Below are positions 19,902-28,874 of a stretch of DNA of 52,934 nt, one piece after another. Origin of the DNA: a virus (taxonomy: Duplodnaviria; Caudoviricetes); IMG/VR virus record IMGVR_UViG_3300011126_000153, positions 1 to 52,934 of that record; one strand, given 5' to 3'. The position numbers and the translations under genes were made by a program. Position 1 is the first letter of the stretch. Each line of letters begins with the position of its first letter. The notes beneath the pieces were generated by a model. The model was not told the DNA's origin and made no database searches. It was given only the letters and a program-made list of their open reading frames with translations.

Positions 19902-20555
19902 TCATTCCTCATTTTTAAAAATTTCGTTATATTGATTCACATATTCCTTTATCATAGGTATACATTCCTCAATTGTTTCGGTAATTAACTTTTGCATTTC
20001 ACTATCGTAATCAACTCTAAATATAAACAACCCATTACCTTTAGTTGCATGTTTGTCGTTATATAGCACGTAATCACACCATTTTCTAGAACAAACGAAC
20101 AAATTGAACTGCATTTGCCATCTATGCTCCTTTGAGATAGCCTCTACGCCCTTCTGAGAGATCTCTACGACCTGTCTAAAATAATTATTAGAATCTGGTG
20201 ACTTAATCTCAATCATGCCATCATCGCCCACTAATCCGTCGGGAGAACACGCTATGTAATCGTTCAATTGTACTAGCCCTACTTCATCAACAGCGGTAAA
20301 TTCAGAAACTATATATTCATTTCGTGCTATTGCTTCATTATCCCATCCTCGCTGAATATGAACATTTACATATTCAGCACCGTCTGATTTACAGCCCGTG
20401 ACTTTTTCGTTGGCTCTATCGTAAAGATATTTCTCACGCGCTGCTTTAGTACCTAGTAGTTTGTAAAAGCAAGAAGCAGTGATTTTACCTAGCCTTAACT
20501 TTAGCCATTCCTCACTGCCTTGCTCTATATCATTGTGTAACTGTATTTGCGACAT
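19902..20555 (-). CDS. YqaJ/lambda-exonuclease family protein
   Basis: QGSEEWLKLRLGKITAS, CSPDGLVG, IEIKSP, QMQFNL, WCDYV. Confidence 0.93.
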   Translation of the reverse strand: MSQIQLHNDIEQGSEEWLKLRLGKITASCFYKLLGTKAAREKYLYDRANEKVTGCKSDGAEYVNVHIQRGWDNEAIARNEYIVSEFTAVDEVGLVQLNDYIACSPDGLVGDDGMIEIKSPDSNNYFRQVVEISQKGVEAISKEHRWQMQFNLFVCSRKWCDYVLYNDKHATKGNGLFIFRVDYDSEMQKLITETIEECIPMIKEYVNQYNEIFKNEE

Positions 20556-21387
20556 TTAAAAACTGCTCTTTAAATTTAAAAAAATTCATTATGCCATTTT
20601 TTACCGTTTCCTTATCATTGCTATTGATATTATGAAAAGTAGCGAATTTCCCAGCGTCTATCTCATTATCTTTGCATAAGCCTATTAATTCTTTTACAAC
20701 TTCTACTTCCTCGCTTTTACTTTCTTCTACTTTTTTTATTTTTTGCGATTTATCATCATCTTTGATATTAAGGCTTTTTCCCTCCATTTCTTCCGCTGTT
20801 GGGTGTTGGCTAACAAATTCAGGAAATGCCTTACGTAACGCTTGTGCTTCAGTACATTTTGCAAGTTGCCCATATGGTCTCTTAGACCACATTGCATTAG
20901 GCGCTTGAGACTGAGATGCTATAGCCACATTTTCCATCCAATATTCTTTCGCGGAAAACTCAACAACTATCCCGTCTATTATTTTTTTTACTGTAACTTT
21001 GCACCATTTTGGATAGGTTATCTTTACTTGTCCAAAAGTGGTTGTTACATCTTCGCCATATTCAGGCTCAACAACACCTGCATATTGTCCACTACGCGCG
21101 GCTTGTATGCGATATAAGCCAATACCTGGCATTATAATATCCCTCCACTCAGAGTTTCTAGTCCCTGGGATTTTAATGTTCATTGGAACTATATGCACTG
21201 GCTTTTGCATTGGGTCTAATTTACCAGCCTTGCAATAATCCAAAACCATTAAAATACTTGCGTCTTTAGCTCCAGTGTATAAGCTGTTTTTAAGTGCCGA
21301 CCAAATAGAAGAGTCAATCCCATATTCATTGGTTGGTTTTGCTATTTGTACTTGTTCTTTTTTTTCTAAATTATTCATATTTTCCAT
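20530..21387 (-). CDS. bet: Phage single-strand annealing protein (Bet/RecT family)
   Basis: YCKAGKLDPMQKPVHIVPM, GIGLYRIQAARSGQYAG, MWSKRPYGQLAKCTEAQALRKAFPE. Confidence 0.92.
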   Translation of the reverse strand: MENMNNLEKKEQVQIAKPTNEYGIDSSIWSALKNSLYTGAKDASILMVLDYCKAGKLDPMQKPVHIVPMNIKIPGTRNSEWRDIIMPGIGLYRIQAARSGQYAGVVEPEYGEDVTTTFGQVKITYPKWCKVTVKKIIDGIVVEFSAKEYWMENVAIASQSQAPNAMWSKRPYGQLAKCTEAQALRKAFPEFVSQHPTAEEMEGKSLNIKDDDKSQKIKKVEESKSEEVEVVKELIGLCKDNEIDAGKFATFHNINSNDKETVKNGIMNFFKFKEQFLNVANTVTQ

Positions 21388-21661
21388 AATTACCTACAAT
21401 TGTTTTATTTGTGAATTTTATATTTTTAAAGTCATTATTAGCATTAAAGCTTACATCTTGACCAATGCTAAAAGGTACTATTTGTTCGCTCAGATCATCA
21501 CTATCACTAAGATTTATAATAACTAGCGCATCACAAACAAATTCGTCATGATCTTTTTTACAAACGTCTTTAAAATGTATTTTAATTTTTGGCGTTTTGC
21601 CCACGAACTCGCATTTAACAAATACCGCATTAAACAAAGTTTTGCCTTCTGAATATTCCAT
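21371..21661 (-). CDS. Hypothetical protein
   Basis: ORF in the recombination operon. Confidence 0.6.
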   Translation of the reverse strand: MEYSEGKTLFNAVFVKCEFVGKTPKIKIHFKDVCKKDHDEFVCDALVIINLSDSDDLSEQIVPFSIGQDVSFNANNDFKNIKFTNKTIVGNYGKYE

Positions 21662-21678
21662 ATCACCCTATCAATTAA

Positions 21679-22347
21679 TTAAAGTGTAGATCCAAGATAA
21701 TCCCATCGAAGATCTTGATTATGATGAAATTCCTCTGCTGTGAGTTCTTCTATCTTTTGTACTATACCCATTACATCATAACCAAAATCTTCCCAATTTA
21801 TGCCCACCTCTTCAGCATCTATGATTAATTCTTCAAATTCTGCTATCTTTTCAGGAAGAGTAACAAAATTGAGTTTATTAATATCATATTCAATACCGTA
21901 TTCATCGGCCTTTTGAAGTGTTCTATGATTTTCTATAGACAATAAAGAGTTATCATAACTTCTCTTAGCTTTGCGATTAATTATAGCTCCAACTTCAGAA
22001 GCTGGAATGCCAAAATCATCGTGTTGATTTTCTCGGAGTTGATTGAAAGTAGGAATTTCTGATAAATTAGGGGTGGCTATATTATTGTTTTCAGAAACTC
22101 CTACGTCAGGTTTTGATGTAACTTCTAGCACTTCTAGCACTTTAGCTACACTCATACCATCCCAGTTCGGAATAAAAGATTTAGTCATACTGCTCAACTC
22201 GTTATTAATGTCTGAGTTGATTTTAGCAGATGTTTTTGAATCCTTAGATTTTTCTACTTCAATTAAAATTTCTCTTAATTCAGAAGGAGATAAGAAGTTT
22301 GCGTTAGAAAACTGTTGCTTTCTTGGTATGTTTTTGATATTATCCAT
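21679..22347 (-). CDS. Hypothetical acidic protein
   Basis: First ORF of the leftward operon; internal A(D/E)ExGI repeat. Confidence 0.7.
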   Translation of the reverse strand: MDNIKNIPRKQQFSNANFLSPSELREILIEVEKSKDSKTSAKINSDINNELSSMTKSFIPNWDGMSVAKVLEVLEVTSKPDVGVSENNNIATPNLSEIPTFNQLRENQHDDFGIPASEVGAIINRKAKRSYDNSLLSIENHRTLQKADEYGIEYDINKLNFVTLPEKIAEFEELIIDAEEVGINWEDFGYDVMGIVQKIEELTAEEFHHNQDLRWDYLGSTL

Positions 22348-22404
22348 AATACTAACCTTGTTAAATTTTGTTTTGGTTGTTCATAATAAAAAAATAAACT
22401 TGGC

Positions 22405-22441
22405 AAAACGTTTGAAGTGTCCAGCTTCAGGCGTTTTTTTA
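22405..22441 (+). terminator. Hairpin with T-run, favoured on the + strand, in the leader of the leftward operon
   Basis: AAAACGTTTGAAG-7nt-CTTCAGGCGTTTTTTT; needs G-U pairs on +. Confidence 0.5.
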
Positions 22442-22459
22442 TGCCTTGTTCATAAAAGC

Positions 22460-22488
22460 ATGATAACGCTTGTCAAGTAGATTGTCAA
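22460..22488 (-). promoter_or_regulatory. Sigma70 promoter of the leftward operon with tandem TTGTCAAG repeats
   Basis: TTGACA-N17-TATCAT on the minus strand. Confidence 0.7.
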
Positions 22489-22506
22489 GCATTATATTTT
22501 AAAAAA

Positions 22507-22809
22507 TCAATTTAATTTTTCAGATAATAAAGAGGCTTTATATCTCTCTATTAATTCAACGGCTCTATCTGTATTAAGTTTGTATACAAAATTACCGTCT
22601 TTCTCCCTTTCTACAAACTTTCTATCTAATAGTGTTTTTAGGCTAGCGTTTACCGCTTGTCTTGTATGTCCCATAGCTTGTTCTATATTCTTTGCAGACA
22701 TCGGGTAATCGGAAGACTCAATAATATTTAATATATTTTTGTGACTATTAGCTAATATATCTGAATTTCTAATCGCTCTTGATAACATTGTTTTATCCTT
22801 TTTTTTCAT
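22507..22809 (-). CDS. Winged-helix (MarR/TrmB-like) regulator
   Basis: MSAKNIEQAMGHTRQAVNASLKTLLDRKFVER. Confidence 0.85.
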   Translation of the reverse strand: MKKKDKTMLSRAIRNSDILANSHKNILNIIESSDYPMSAKNIEQAMGHTRQAVNASLKTLLDRKFVEREKDGNFVYKLNTDRAVELIERYKASLLSEKLN

Positions 22810-23017
22810 AATTTATAATTCGTATATTTTGTCACTAATGTCAAGCTTGTAATACATTTATCTTGACTATACAAGAAATAATGTATTATATTAACAGAAA
22901 TCTTTAAAAATAATTTATGTAGAAGTTGTATGTAGAAAACAAATGTTTGAGAGAAAAAAGAGAAAGTAAAGGTTTTTGACGCGACAGAACCTAAAAACTG
23001 AAGTAAGAGACAACTTC

Positions 23018-23046
23018 ATAATAGTAAAGTTCTGTCAACAAGTCAA
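23018..23046 (-). promoter_or_regulatory. Antisense-oriented sigma70 promoter in the rep leader
   Basis: TTGACT-N17-TATTAT on the minus strand. Confidence 0.55.
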
Positions 23047-23087
23047 CTCCTTTTTTTATAAAAACAATATAATTTAAGAGTTTTGAA

Positions 23088-24347
23088 ATGGGATTAGCAC
23101 TAAGACAAGAAGAAACAGCAGAAAATCAACAACAAATAGGAAAACTTCTATCCTTCCGTGACGATAAATCTTATTACAGAAAAACATATATGAACTGGGA
23201 TAATATTGAACGAGCCAACAAAAACGATAATGCGGTTCATGGTAGAACTAAGCTTTTAAGTAATCGTGCGAAGAGTATAGCTGCTGTATCCGTGGGAAAA
23301 CTAACAAAAGGGCATAGGGTATTTTTCAATCATAAATACCTCTCTACTATCACCATGTGTGGAAAAAGACAGAACCTAACTATCATTGATGAATTAAGAG
23401 ATATACTTGAGATTACTTACCATAATACGGTCACTCATAACGGTAAGAAATATCGTTATTGTTATGAGTTTTCCTTTAAGTCGGAGAAGCCAGTAAACAC
23501 ACCTACTTCAGAAAGTTCTGTAGCGAGAAATAGCGTACATCAAAACGAAACACTCTATATACAAGAAGAAAATAAACATATTGAAGATATAGATCTATCA
23601 TCTAATATTTTAAATAATTCTTCCTTGCAAATTCAGACTGAAGATTCGAATTTACACGGTAATTCTTTTATAAAAAATTCAGTTACAAAAGCTTTAGCTG
23701 CAAACAGAAGAAAAAAAACCACCAATGCGCAGAAAAAAGCTAGGATTTACCGACCTATGTTCAATAATCAATATCCACAAACTAAAAATTTAGCTTGTCA
23801 TTACCCTTTGACAAGTGAGGATTGTTCATTGTTACAAAGCAGATCGGGTAGGGATTTTACTTTAAACGCTATGAATGAGATATTACTCGCCTTGTCTAAC
23901 AAACCTAAGGAGTCTGAGCATGAGTTCCCATCCAAAGAGGCTTTTCTGGCTTATATGAGCAAGATTTACAGGTATGAAAAACGAGATGCTGTTAAAACTA
24001 GCCAGATAAATTACCAGATAAAAGCAAACATGACCGAATTGGACATAATCGAGCAAACTAATTTCGCACAACGGGAGAAGTTTTTGGATAAAATAGAGCA
24101 AGAGGCAATAAGGCATGTGAGTTCTAATAACCAGCTAAAAGCCAAGCTAGCTAATACATTGCCACCAAGTGTAGCTTATGATTTTCTTTCTAAATTAAGG
24201 CGTTTTTATGTTAATGGGGGAATATTAGAGGCTCATCTAACATCAGCAATAGAACTCAGCCATTCGATACAGCAAATGATTGTAAAAGAGGCTAATGCTG
24301 TTGGTTATACTGGTGTTATGAGTTTAAAAGTGATACAAATGAAATGA
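23088..24347 (+). CDS. Replication initiator resembling Rickettsia-plasmid DnaA-like Rep (copy 1)
   Basis: FNHKYLSTITMCGKRQN..IIDELRDIL..YH..YCYE; LQSRSGRDFTLNAMNEILL; EKRDAVK; recognised from memory of the family. Confidence 0.75.
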   Translation: MGLALRQEETAENQQQIGKLLSFRDDKSYYRKTYMNWDNIERANKNDNAVHGRTKLLSNRAKSIAAVSVGKLTKGHRVFFNHKYLSTITMCGKRQNLTIIDELRDILEITYHNTVTHNGKKYRYCYEFSFKSEKPVNTPTSESSVARNSVHQNETLYIQEENKHIEDIDLSSNILNNSSLQIQTEDSNLHGNSFIKNSVTKALAANRRKKTTNAQKKARIYRPMFNNQYPQTKNLACHYPLTSEDCSLLQSRSGRDFTLNAMNEILLALSNKPKESEHEFPSKEAFLAYMSKIYRYEKRDAVKTSQINYQIKANMTELDIIEQTNFAQREKFLDKIEQEAIRHVSSNNQLKAKLANTLPPSVAYDFLSKLRRFYVNGGILEAHLTSAIELSHSIQQMIVKEANAVGYTGVMSLKVIQMK

Positions 24348-24352
24348 TGTAT

Positions 24353-24427
24353 TGGGATATAGCTCAGCGGTAGAGCGGTAGTCTTTGGTATTGCAGGTCG
24401 GAGGTTCGATCCCTCCTATCCCAGCCA
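24353..24427 (+). tRNA. tRNA-Gln(UUG) with encoded CCA
   Basis: Acceptor TGGGATA/TATCCCA, D arm GCTC/GAGC, anticodon loop CT-TTG-GT, T arm GGAGG-TTCGATC-CCTCC, discriminator G. Confidence 0.93.
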
Positions 24428-24477
24428 AAATAAACAGAAAGCAAAGTATAGTAACGTAAAGAAACAGAAGGTATAAC

Positions 24478-24885
24478 ATGGGTGAAGTAAAAAGAGAAAC
24501 AATTATTGCCGGAATAGCAGGAGTAATAGGAGTAGAGGCGGCGAAAGATTTAGTTAAGGAATCTGAGGATGAAGTAGAAAACGGTGATGTGATGAAAATC
24601 ATAAATATAAACAAAGCAAAAGATCTATCAGAAGAAGCGGTTACAAACATAGCCACTTTTCTAACTCAAATTAAATATCTAGATAAAAGCATGGAGTTTG
24701 TTGAATGTGGAAAGAAATTCGGGATTTTTGATCCTAGAACTATGGAGAAATGCAGGGATCTTAAGTCAGAGACAGCCGAGTGTGCAGATGATTTTATAGC
24801 TTCCACTGGGCATAAAAGATATTACAATGAAGAAGATCATCAAAAATTAAGAGCTAAGATACAAAAAGAATTAGAGAAGGTATAA
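24478..24885 (+). CDS. Hypothetical protein
   Basis: ORF; its 16-bp RBS/start block AGAAGGTATAACATGG is repeated before 24887. Confidence 0.7.
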   Translation: MGEVKRETIIAGIAGVIGVEAAKDLVKESEDEVENGDVMKIININKAKDLSEEAVTNIATFLTQIKYLDKSMEFVECGKKFGIFDPRTMEKCRDLKSETAECADDFIASTGHKRYYNEEDHQKLRAKIQKELEKV

Positions 24886-24886
24886 C

Positions 24887-25192
24887 ATGGCAACACTAGA
24901 CACACACACGATAATTAAGCAACTGATAAGTTCAGGTGTAAAAGAAAAAGAAGCCGAGATTTGGGTTGCTAGCTTTGTATCAAAGAGCGAATTTCTGGAA
25001 GCAGAAAAGGATAAGCAAGGTTTAATCACAAAAGCTGATATTGATATTATTAAGGGTGAAATCAATAACATCAAAGAGAACATGGCTACAAAAACTGATG
25101 TAGTTGAAATCAAAAACGATCTTAAGTGGTTAAAAGCTGCAATCGTTGGTATATTTGGATTATTGCTAAAAATAGCGTTCTTTACTAGCTAG
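24887..25192 (+). CDS. DUF1640/CCDC90-like coiled-coil protein with C-terminal membrane anchor
   Basis: LDTHTIIKQL..G..EKEAE; ITKADI and ATKTDV; hydrophobic C-terminus. Confidence 0.85.
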   Translation: MATLDTHTIIKQLISSGVKEKEAEIWVASFVSKSEFLEAEKDKQGLITKADIDIIKGEINNIKENMATKTDVVEIKNDLKWLKAAIVGIFGLLLKIAFFTS

Positions 25193-25559
25193 AGGAGACG
25201 TGTAACTTCAAAAACTTATCTATCCTAATCAACAACTCTGCTTTCCTTTTTTGCTGCTCAGATGGCTTATATTCGTCTTTATCGTCTATTTCTTCTGTGT
25301 GACGTGCTGCTTTCATAGTTGGTTTTCAATATTCATAGCTGTTAAATCAGCATTTCTTCTATTTTTAAATTCAATTCCCATAATTAAATACACACGCCTA
25401 TCCCTTGCAACAAGGGAAAATTCCATACATAAAATGCAACTCAGCACAGTAGTTAACGAAAGGTTACGAAAGTAATTTCGGTACTTGTTCTCAAAGTATA
25501 TTTCATCTGGTATCTTATTACAACGTAAATTCAGCGCTAACATAAAAAATAGGTTCGTA

Positions 25560-25904
25560 ATGAGTGAAGAAAACATAAATAACCCAGTTGTATGCGAGGT
25601 TTCTAGCTTTCGTTGTTTAGCTAAAATTAATGGCATACCCTTAATGGACGGGACATATCTAGAGCAATTAATTACATATCTTGCAAAAAAGAAAAATTTA
25701 ATACCTTTCGAAGGAATAGTGGACTTAAAAGACTTGTTATCTACCTTTTCTATGAAAAGTGCTAGAGGGATCAGGGCTGTTTTAAAGCGTTTATATAACT
25801 ATGGAGCTTTAATTTTGTACCAAAAAGTAGGTAAGCATCATCAGTATAAATATGCAATTTCAATCAATGCTAATTACGCACAATTCTTTTTCAAGGAAAT
25901 ATAG
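25560..25904 (+). CDS. Putative winged-helix DNA-binding protein
   Basis: DLLSTFSMKSARGIRAVLKRLYNYGAL; ATG start chosen over the upstream TTG. Confidence 0.5.
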   Translation: MSEENINNPVVCEVSSFRCLAKINGIPLMDGTYLEQLITYLAKKKNLIPFEGIVDLKDLLSTFSMKSARGIRAVLKRLYNYGALILYQKVGKHHQYKYAISINANYAQFFFKEI

Positions 25905-25912
25905 GACAACTC

Positions 25913-26050
25913 ATGAAGAAAACATTAGAAGACGCGGTAACAGTAGCTAATCGAATCAAGAGAACGATGAAAACAACAGATTCTACTTTTCATGATGTAG
26001 TCACGTTGCTTGATTTAATAGATGAATTAAAGGAGAAGGTCGATAAATGA
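25913..26050 (+). CDS. Small hypothetical protein, 45 aa (not in track)
   Basis: AGGA RBS; ATGA overlap with the next gene. Confidence 0.6.
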   Translation: MKKTLEDAVTVANRIKRTMKTTDSTFHDVVTLLDLIDELKEKVDK

Positions 26051-26355
26051 AATATACAATTGATGACACACGTAAGTTTATATCGAATATTTACATGTGG
26101 CTTACTACTAACGATGATTTGGACTATATCGAAAGTTGTGTAATGGATTGTTCCTCAGAGGAGTACATGAGGATTCGCTGCAAGTTAAACGCAATTTCAA
26201 AAGATAGTAGGTCTGCTCTTAATAAAGTCGCTGAGTATGTAGATGAGACCGATGCTTGCATGCGAATATTAAGAGTAGCTGCTGAAAGAGAGCGAAATAT
26301 TAGGAAAGAAGAAAAGGCTTATAAAAAGCTCAATAAGGGGGCTATTAATGAGTAA
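26047..26355 (+). CDS. Hypothetical protein
   Basis: ORF coupled to both neighbours. Confidence 0.7.
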   Translation: MKYTIDDTRKFISNIYMWLTTNDDLDYIESCVMDCSSEEYMRIRCKLNAISKDSRSALNKVAEYVDETDACMRILRVAAERERNIRKEEKAYKKLNKGAINE

Positions 26356-27613
26356 AGCATCAATGAAACGAATGCCTATAAATAACCTGTACTATTTTGA
26401 CAAGGGGGATCAAAAGCACAAATTCACCTACGACCAAGTTAAAAGGGCTACTAAATATATTACTCGTGCTAATGATAGAACTAAGACCATAGGGAACAAG
26501 CAAGCAGCTATTTTAGTTACGGACTTAGTGGATAGGCTAAATAAAAGCGAGAACGGATCTATTTATGTAGATCATGATTATCTTTCTAGCATCACGGATT
26601 GTTTGCCAGATCAGAATACAAAAATAATTAAGCAGCTAGCAGATATACTAGATTTTCAATATCACCGTTATGCAAGACAGGTAAAGCAATCATATTGCTA
26701 TGAAGTCAAATATACACATGATGGTGAAGATAGAATCAAAAACCCAGAACTATTTTATGATGTAAAACCTCCTAAAAACGAGGAAAGGAGGCCTAAAAAT
26801 ATCGCGATAGAACCAAAACCATACCCGATAAAAATCGGGGTTATAGCCGATAAAAATCAGCCATCATATATAGATATAAGAGATAAGGAAGAAATAAAAG
26901 AAAAAGAAGAATTAGATCCTTCTTTTTCTTTAGCGCGCGAGGTTATAACGAAATTTCCAACTAATTCTAAAACCCCAACCAAAACAAACGAGGAGAAAAC
27001 CGTGAACACGGAGAAAATTAAGCCCATAACGCAGTTATCATCCGAAATTTTTAGAAATTTTGATACTCAAACCAGTGAGGAGATCATAGAAAACTGTGTT
27101 TTTGAGGAGGTTACACCTAGTAAAATAGCCATCAACATAAAACCTAGCTTTGCTATGTCTGGCGAGAACAAGCAAAAAATTAAATCCTGTATTCGTAAGC
27201 TTTACGGGGAGGATGTACAGATGGTCAATGCCTCGTCTACCGTCCCGCAAAAACCTAAATTCTCTGTTGCAAAAGTAGCTCGTGAGGAGGGGAATCCACC
27301 AGAAACCCGAAAAAACGTTAGCCACGAATGGGGTGATATGAAAACGAAAATACTTGAGCGTTTTCCTTTGGATTACTACGATCACCTAAAGTCAGCATGG
27401 CTAGATAATCTAAATTTTATTAGGTTTGAAGATGAAAAAATAATAGTCCGAGCGCGTGCTTTTTATATTGATGAGATCTTTCAGCGATTCTCTCATGCAA
27501 TTGAACTAGCCGTGCTTAATACGAAGAAAAGCCTAGTTATTCAATACGAAAACAATGACCAACGACCGATCGAATTTTTATATAAACAAATTTTAAACAA
27601 GAGTAAAAAATGA
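26348..27613 (+). CDS. Replication initiator with C-terminal DnaA_N-like domain (copy 2)
   Basis: N-terminus paralogous to 23088 (ITRAN, HDYLSSITDC..QN..IIKQLADIL..YH..YCYE); C-terminal W..KSAWLDNL..IIVRA..FYIDEI..RF matches DnaA domain I. Confidence 0.8.
   Translation: MSKASMKRMPINNLYYFDKGDQKHKFTYDQVKRATKYITRANDRTKTIGNKQAAILVTDLVDRLNKSENGSIYVDHDYLSSITDCLPDQNTKIIKQLADILDFQYHRYARQVKQSYCYEVKYTHDGEDRIKNPELFYDVKPPKNEERRPKNIAIEPKPYPIKIGVIADKNQPSYIDIRDKEEIKEKEELDPSFSLAREVITKFPTNSKTPTKTNEEKTVNTEKIKPITQLSSEIFRNFDTQTSEEIIENCVFEEVTPSKIAINIKPSFAMSGENKQKIKSCIRKLYGEDVQMVNASSTVPQKPKFSVAKVAREEGNPPETRKNVSHEWGDMKTKILERFPLDYYDHLKSAWLDNLNFIRFEDEKIIVRARAFYIDEIFQRFSHAIELAVLNTKKSLVIQYENNDQRPIEFLYKQILNKSKK
26768..26861. 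repeat. Iteron-like repeats inside rep copy 2 (candidate origin)
   Basis: CCTCCTAAAAACGAGG, GGCCTAAAAATATCGC, CCCGATAAAAATCGGG, GCCGATAAAAATCAGC, followed by an A/T-rich tract. Confidence 0.6.
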
Positions 27614-28179
27614 TTATTTCAAGATTAAAGCCTTATGCCATCAGTATTTTATCTATTTTTGATAAAGAGCCTAAAAAAATGGGTGCATATGTAAAACCTA
27701 GTGTGCCAAAGGCTGTGAGGAGAAAATTGCGCAAGAAGTGTTTTCAATATAAAAGTTGGCCAAGAGGCTTAACTAGATATGATAAATTCACCGTTAATGA
27801 TCTAAACAAAGTTATAGAGAAAGGACAAAAAGGCTTTACGTTGAATGCTATAAACAGAAATAGTCATAATTTTTGTGGGCAGAACATAAGCTACGGTACT
27901 ATAAAAAAATGGTGGGATTTTTATAACTGCGACGTTAAAAACAGTATCGAACATAAGGGTATAAGCTCAGATAAACTTGATAAAACTTTAACTGCAAAAG
28001 AAGCGGCGGAAATTCTTGATATAAAACTATGTAACATTTGGGGTTTGCTAAATAGTAAAGTTCTCAAGGCTAGAAGAACTAACAAGAGAAAAAATGGGCA
28101 ATATTTAATATGCCATAAAAGCGTAGATGAATTAAAAAAAATCATAATAAACAATACTCAAAAAGGAGAAAAAGTATGA
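27610..28179 (+). CDS. DNA-binding protein with C-terminal excisionase-like (HTH_17) domain
   Basis: LTAKEAAEILDI..IWGLL..LKARR..GQYLI. Confidence 0.75.
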   Translation: MIISRLKPYAISILSIFDKEPKKMGAYVKPSVPKAVRRKLRKKCFQYKSWPRGLTRYDKFTVNDLNKVIEKGQKGFTLNAINRNSHNFCGQNISYGTIKKWWDFYNCDVKNSIEHKGISSDKLDKTLTAKEAAEILDIKLCNIWGLLNSKVLKARRTNKRKNGQYLICHKSVDELKKIIINNTQKGEKV

Positions 28180-28425
28180 ATACGGATGAGCATGAGGATG
28201 AGCATGAGAATGTGGATGTGGACGAAATAGCTAAAGGCCTTACTTTATCTTTTGAAAAAGCAATTGAAAAAATAAATGAAAAGGGTGAGGAGTATATATT
28301 TATGTCGATGGAAGAACCAGTTGTAGAGCGGAAGGGTAACGAAATTTTTATAGAATGGAAGGCAAAAAAGCCTAATTAAAAAACATAATAAACAATACTC
28401 AAAAAGGAGAAAAAGTATGAATACG
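28143..28425 (+). repeat. 42-bp direct repeat (28143-28184 and 28384-28425) spanning RBS and start
   Basis: CATAATAAACAATACTCAAAAAGGAGAAAAAGTATGAATACG twice. Confidence 0.9.
28176..28379 (+). CDS. Small acidic protein, paralogue of 28417
   Basis: Shared C-terminus MEEPVVERKGNEIFIEWKAK. Confidence 0.75.
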   Translation: MNTDEHEDEHENVDVDEIAKGLTLSFEKAIEKINEKGEEYIFMSMEEPVVERKGNEIFIEWKAKKPN

Positions 28426-28617
28426 ATAGATGAAAAATTATATTTAAAAGCCAAATTAACACATGAAGAAGATAAAGTCATTTTACAGGTCAAAGGAATG
28501 ACTAGAGAAGATGATGAAAAAGAAGATATAGAGGGGGGTGTATTTGAGATGATGGAAGACCCTATTGTACAAAGGAAGGGTGACGAATTTTTTATAGAAT
28601 GGAGGGCAAAAGTATGA
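28417..28617 (+). CDS. Small acidic protein, paralogue of 28176
   Basis: MEDPIVQRKGDEFFIEWRAK. Confidence 0.75.
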   Translation: MNTIDEKLYLKAKLTHEEDKVILQVKGMTREDDEKEDIEGGVFEMMEDPIVQRKGDEFFIEWRAKV

Positions 28618-28874
28618 ATACAATAGATATAAGGCGTGAATATGGCAGTGTTGTGTTTCGTTTAAGAGAGTCCGTTAAGGCTCGCGCGGACTGGTATGTT
28701 GAATATAATGAGCATGTTTATTCAAAAGAAGAAATATTTTACTTCGAGTTTTTAGATAAATGTATAGAGGATGATATTAAACAATTGCAATTAGCGGTAA
28801 AGCAGAATGAAAAAGATAACGATAAAAATATAATAAACTTTAAATCCAAGAATGGAGATAAAAATGAGAAATAG
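28614..28874 (+). CDS. Hypothetical protein (MNTID start)
   Basis: ATGA overlap; GGAGG RBS. Confidence 0.65.
   Translation: MNTIDIRREYGSVVFRLRESVKARADWYVEYNEHVYSKEEIFYFEFLDKCIEDDIKQLQLAVKQNEKDNDKNIINFKSKNGDKNEK

Noticed and set aside
24353-24427. tRNA as attP for integration
   Set aside because: No tyrosine or serine integrase recognised and the tRNA is complete within an operon; cannot be fully excluded without the host sequence
27610-28179. Excisionase implying an integration module
   Set aside because: HTH_17-like domains are common regulators and there is no partner integrase
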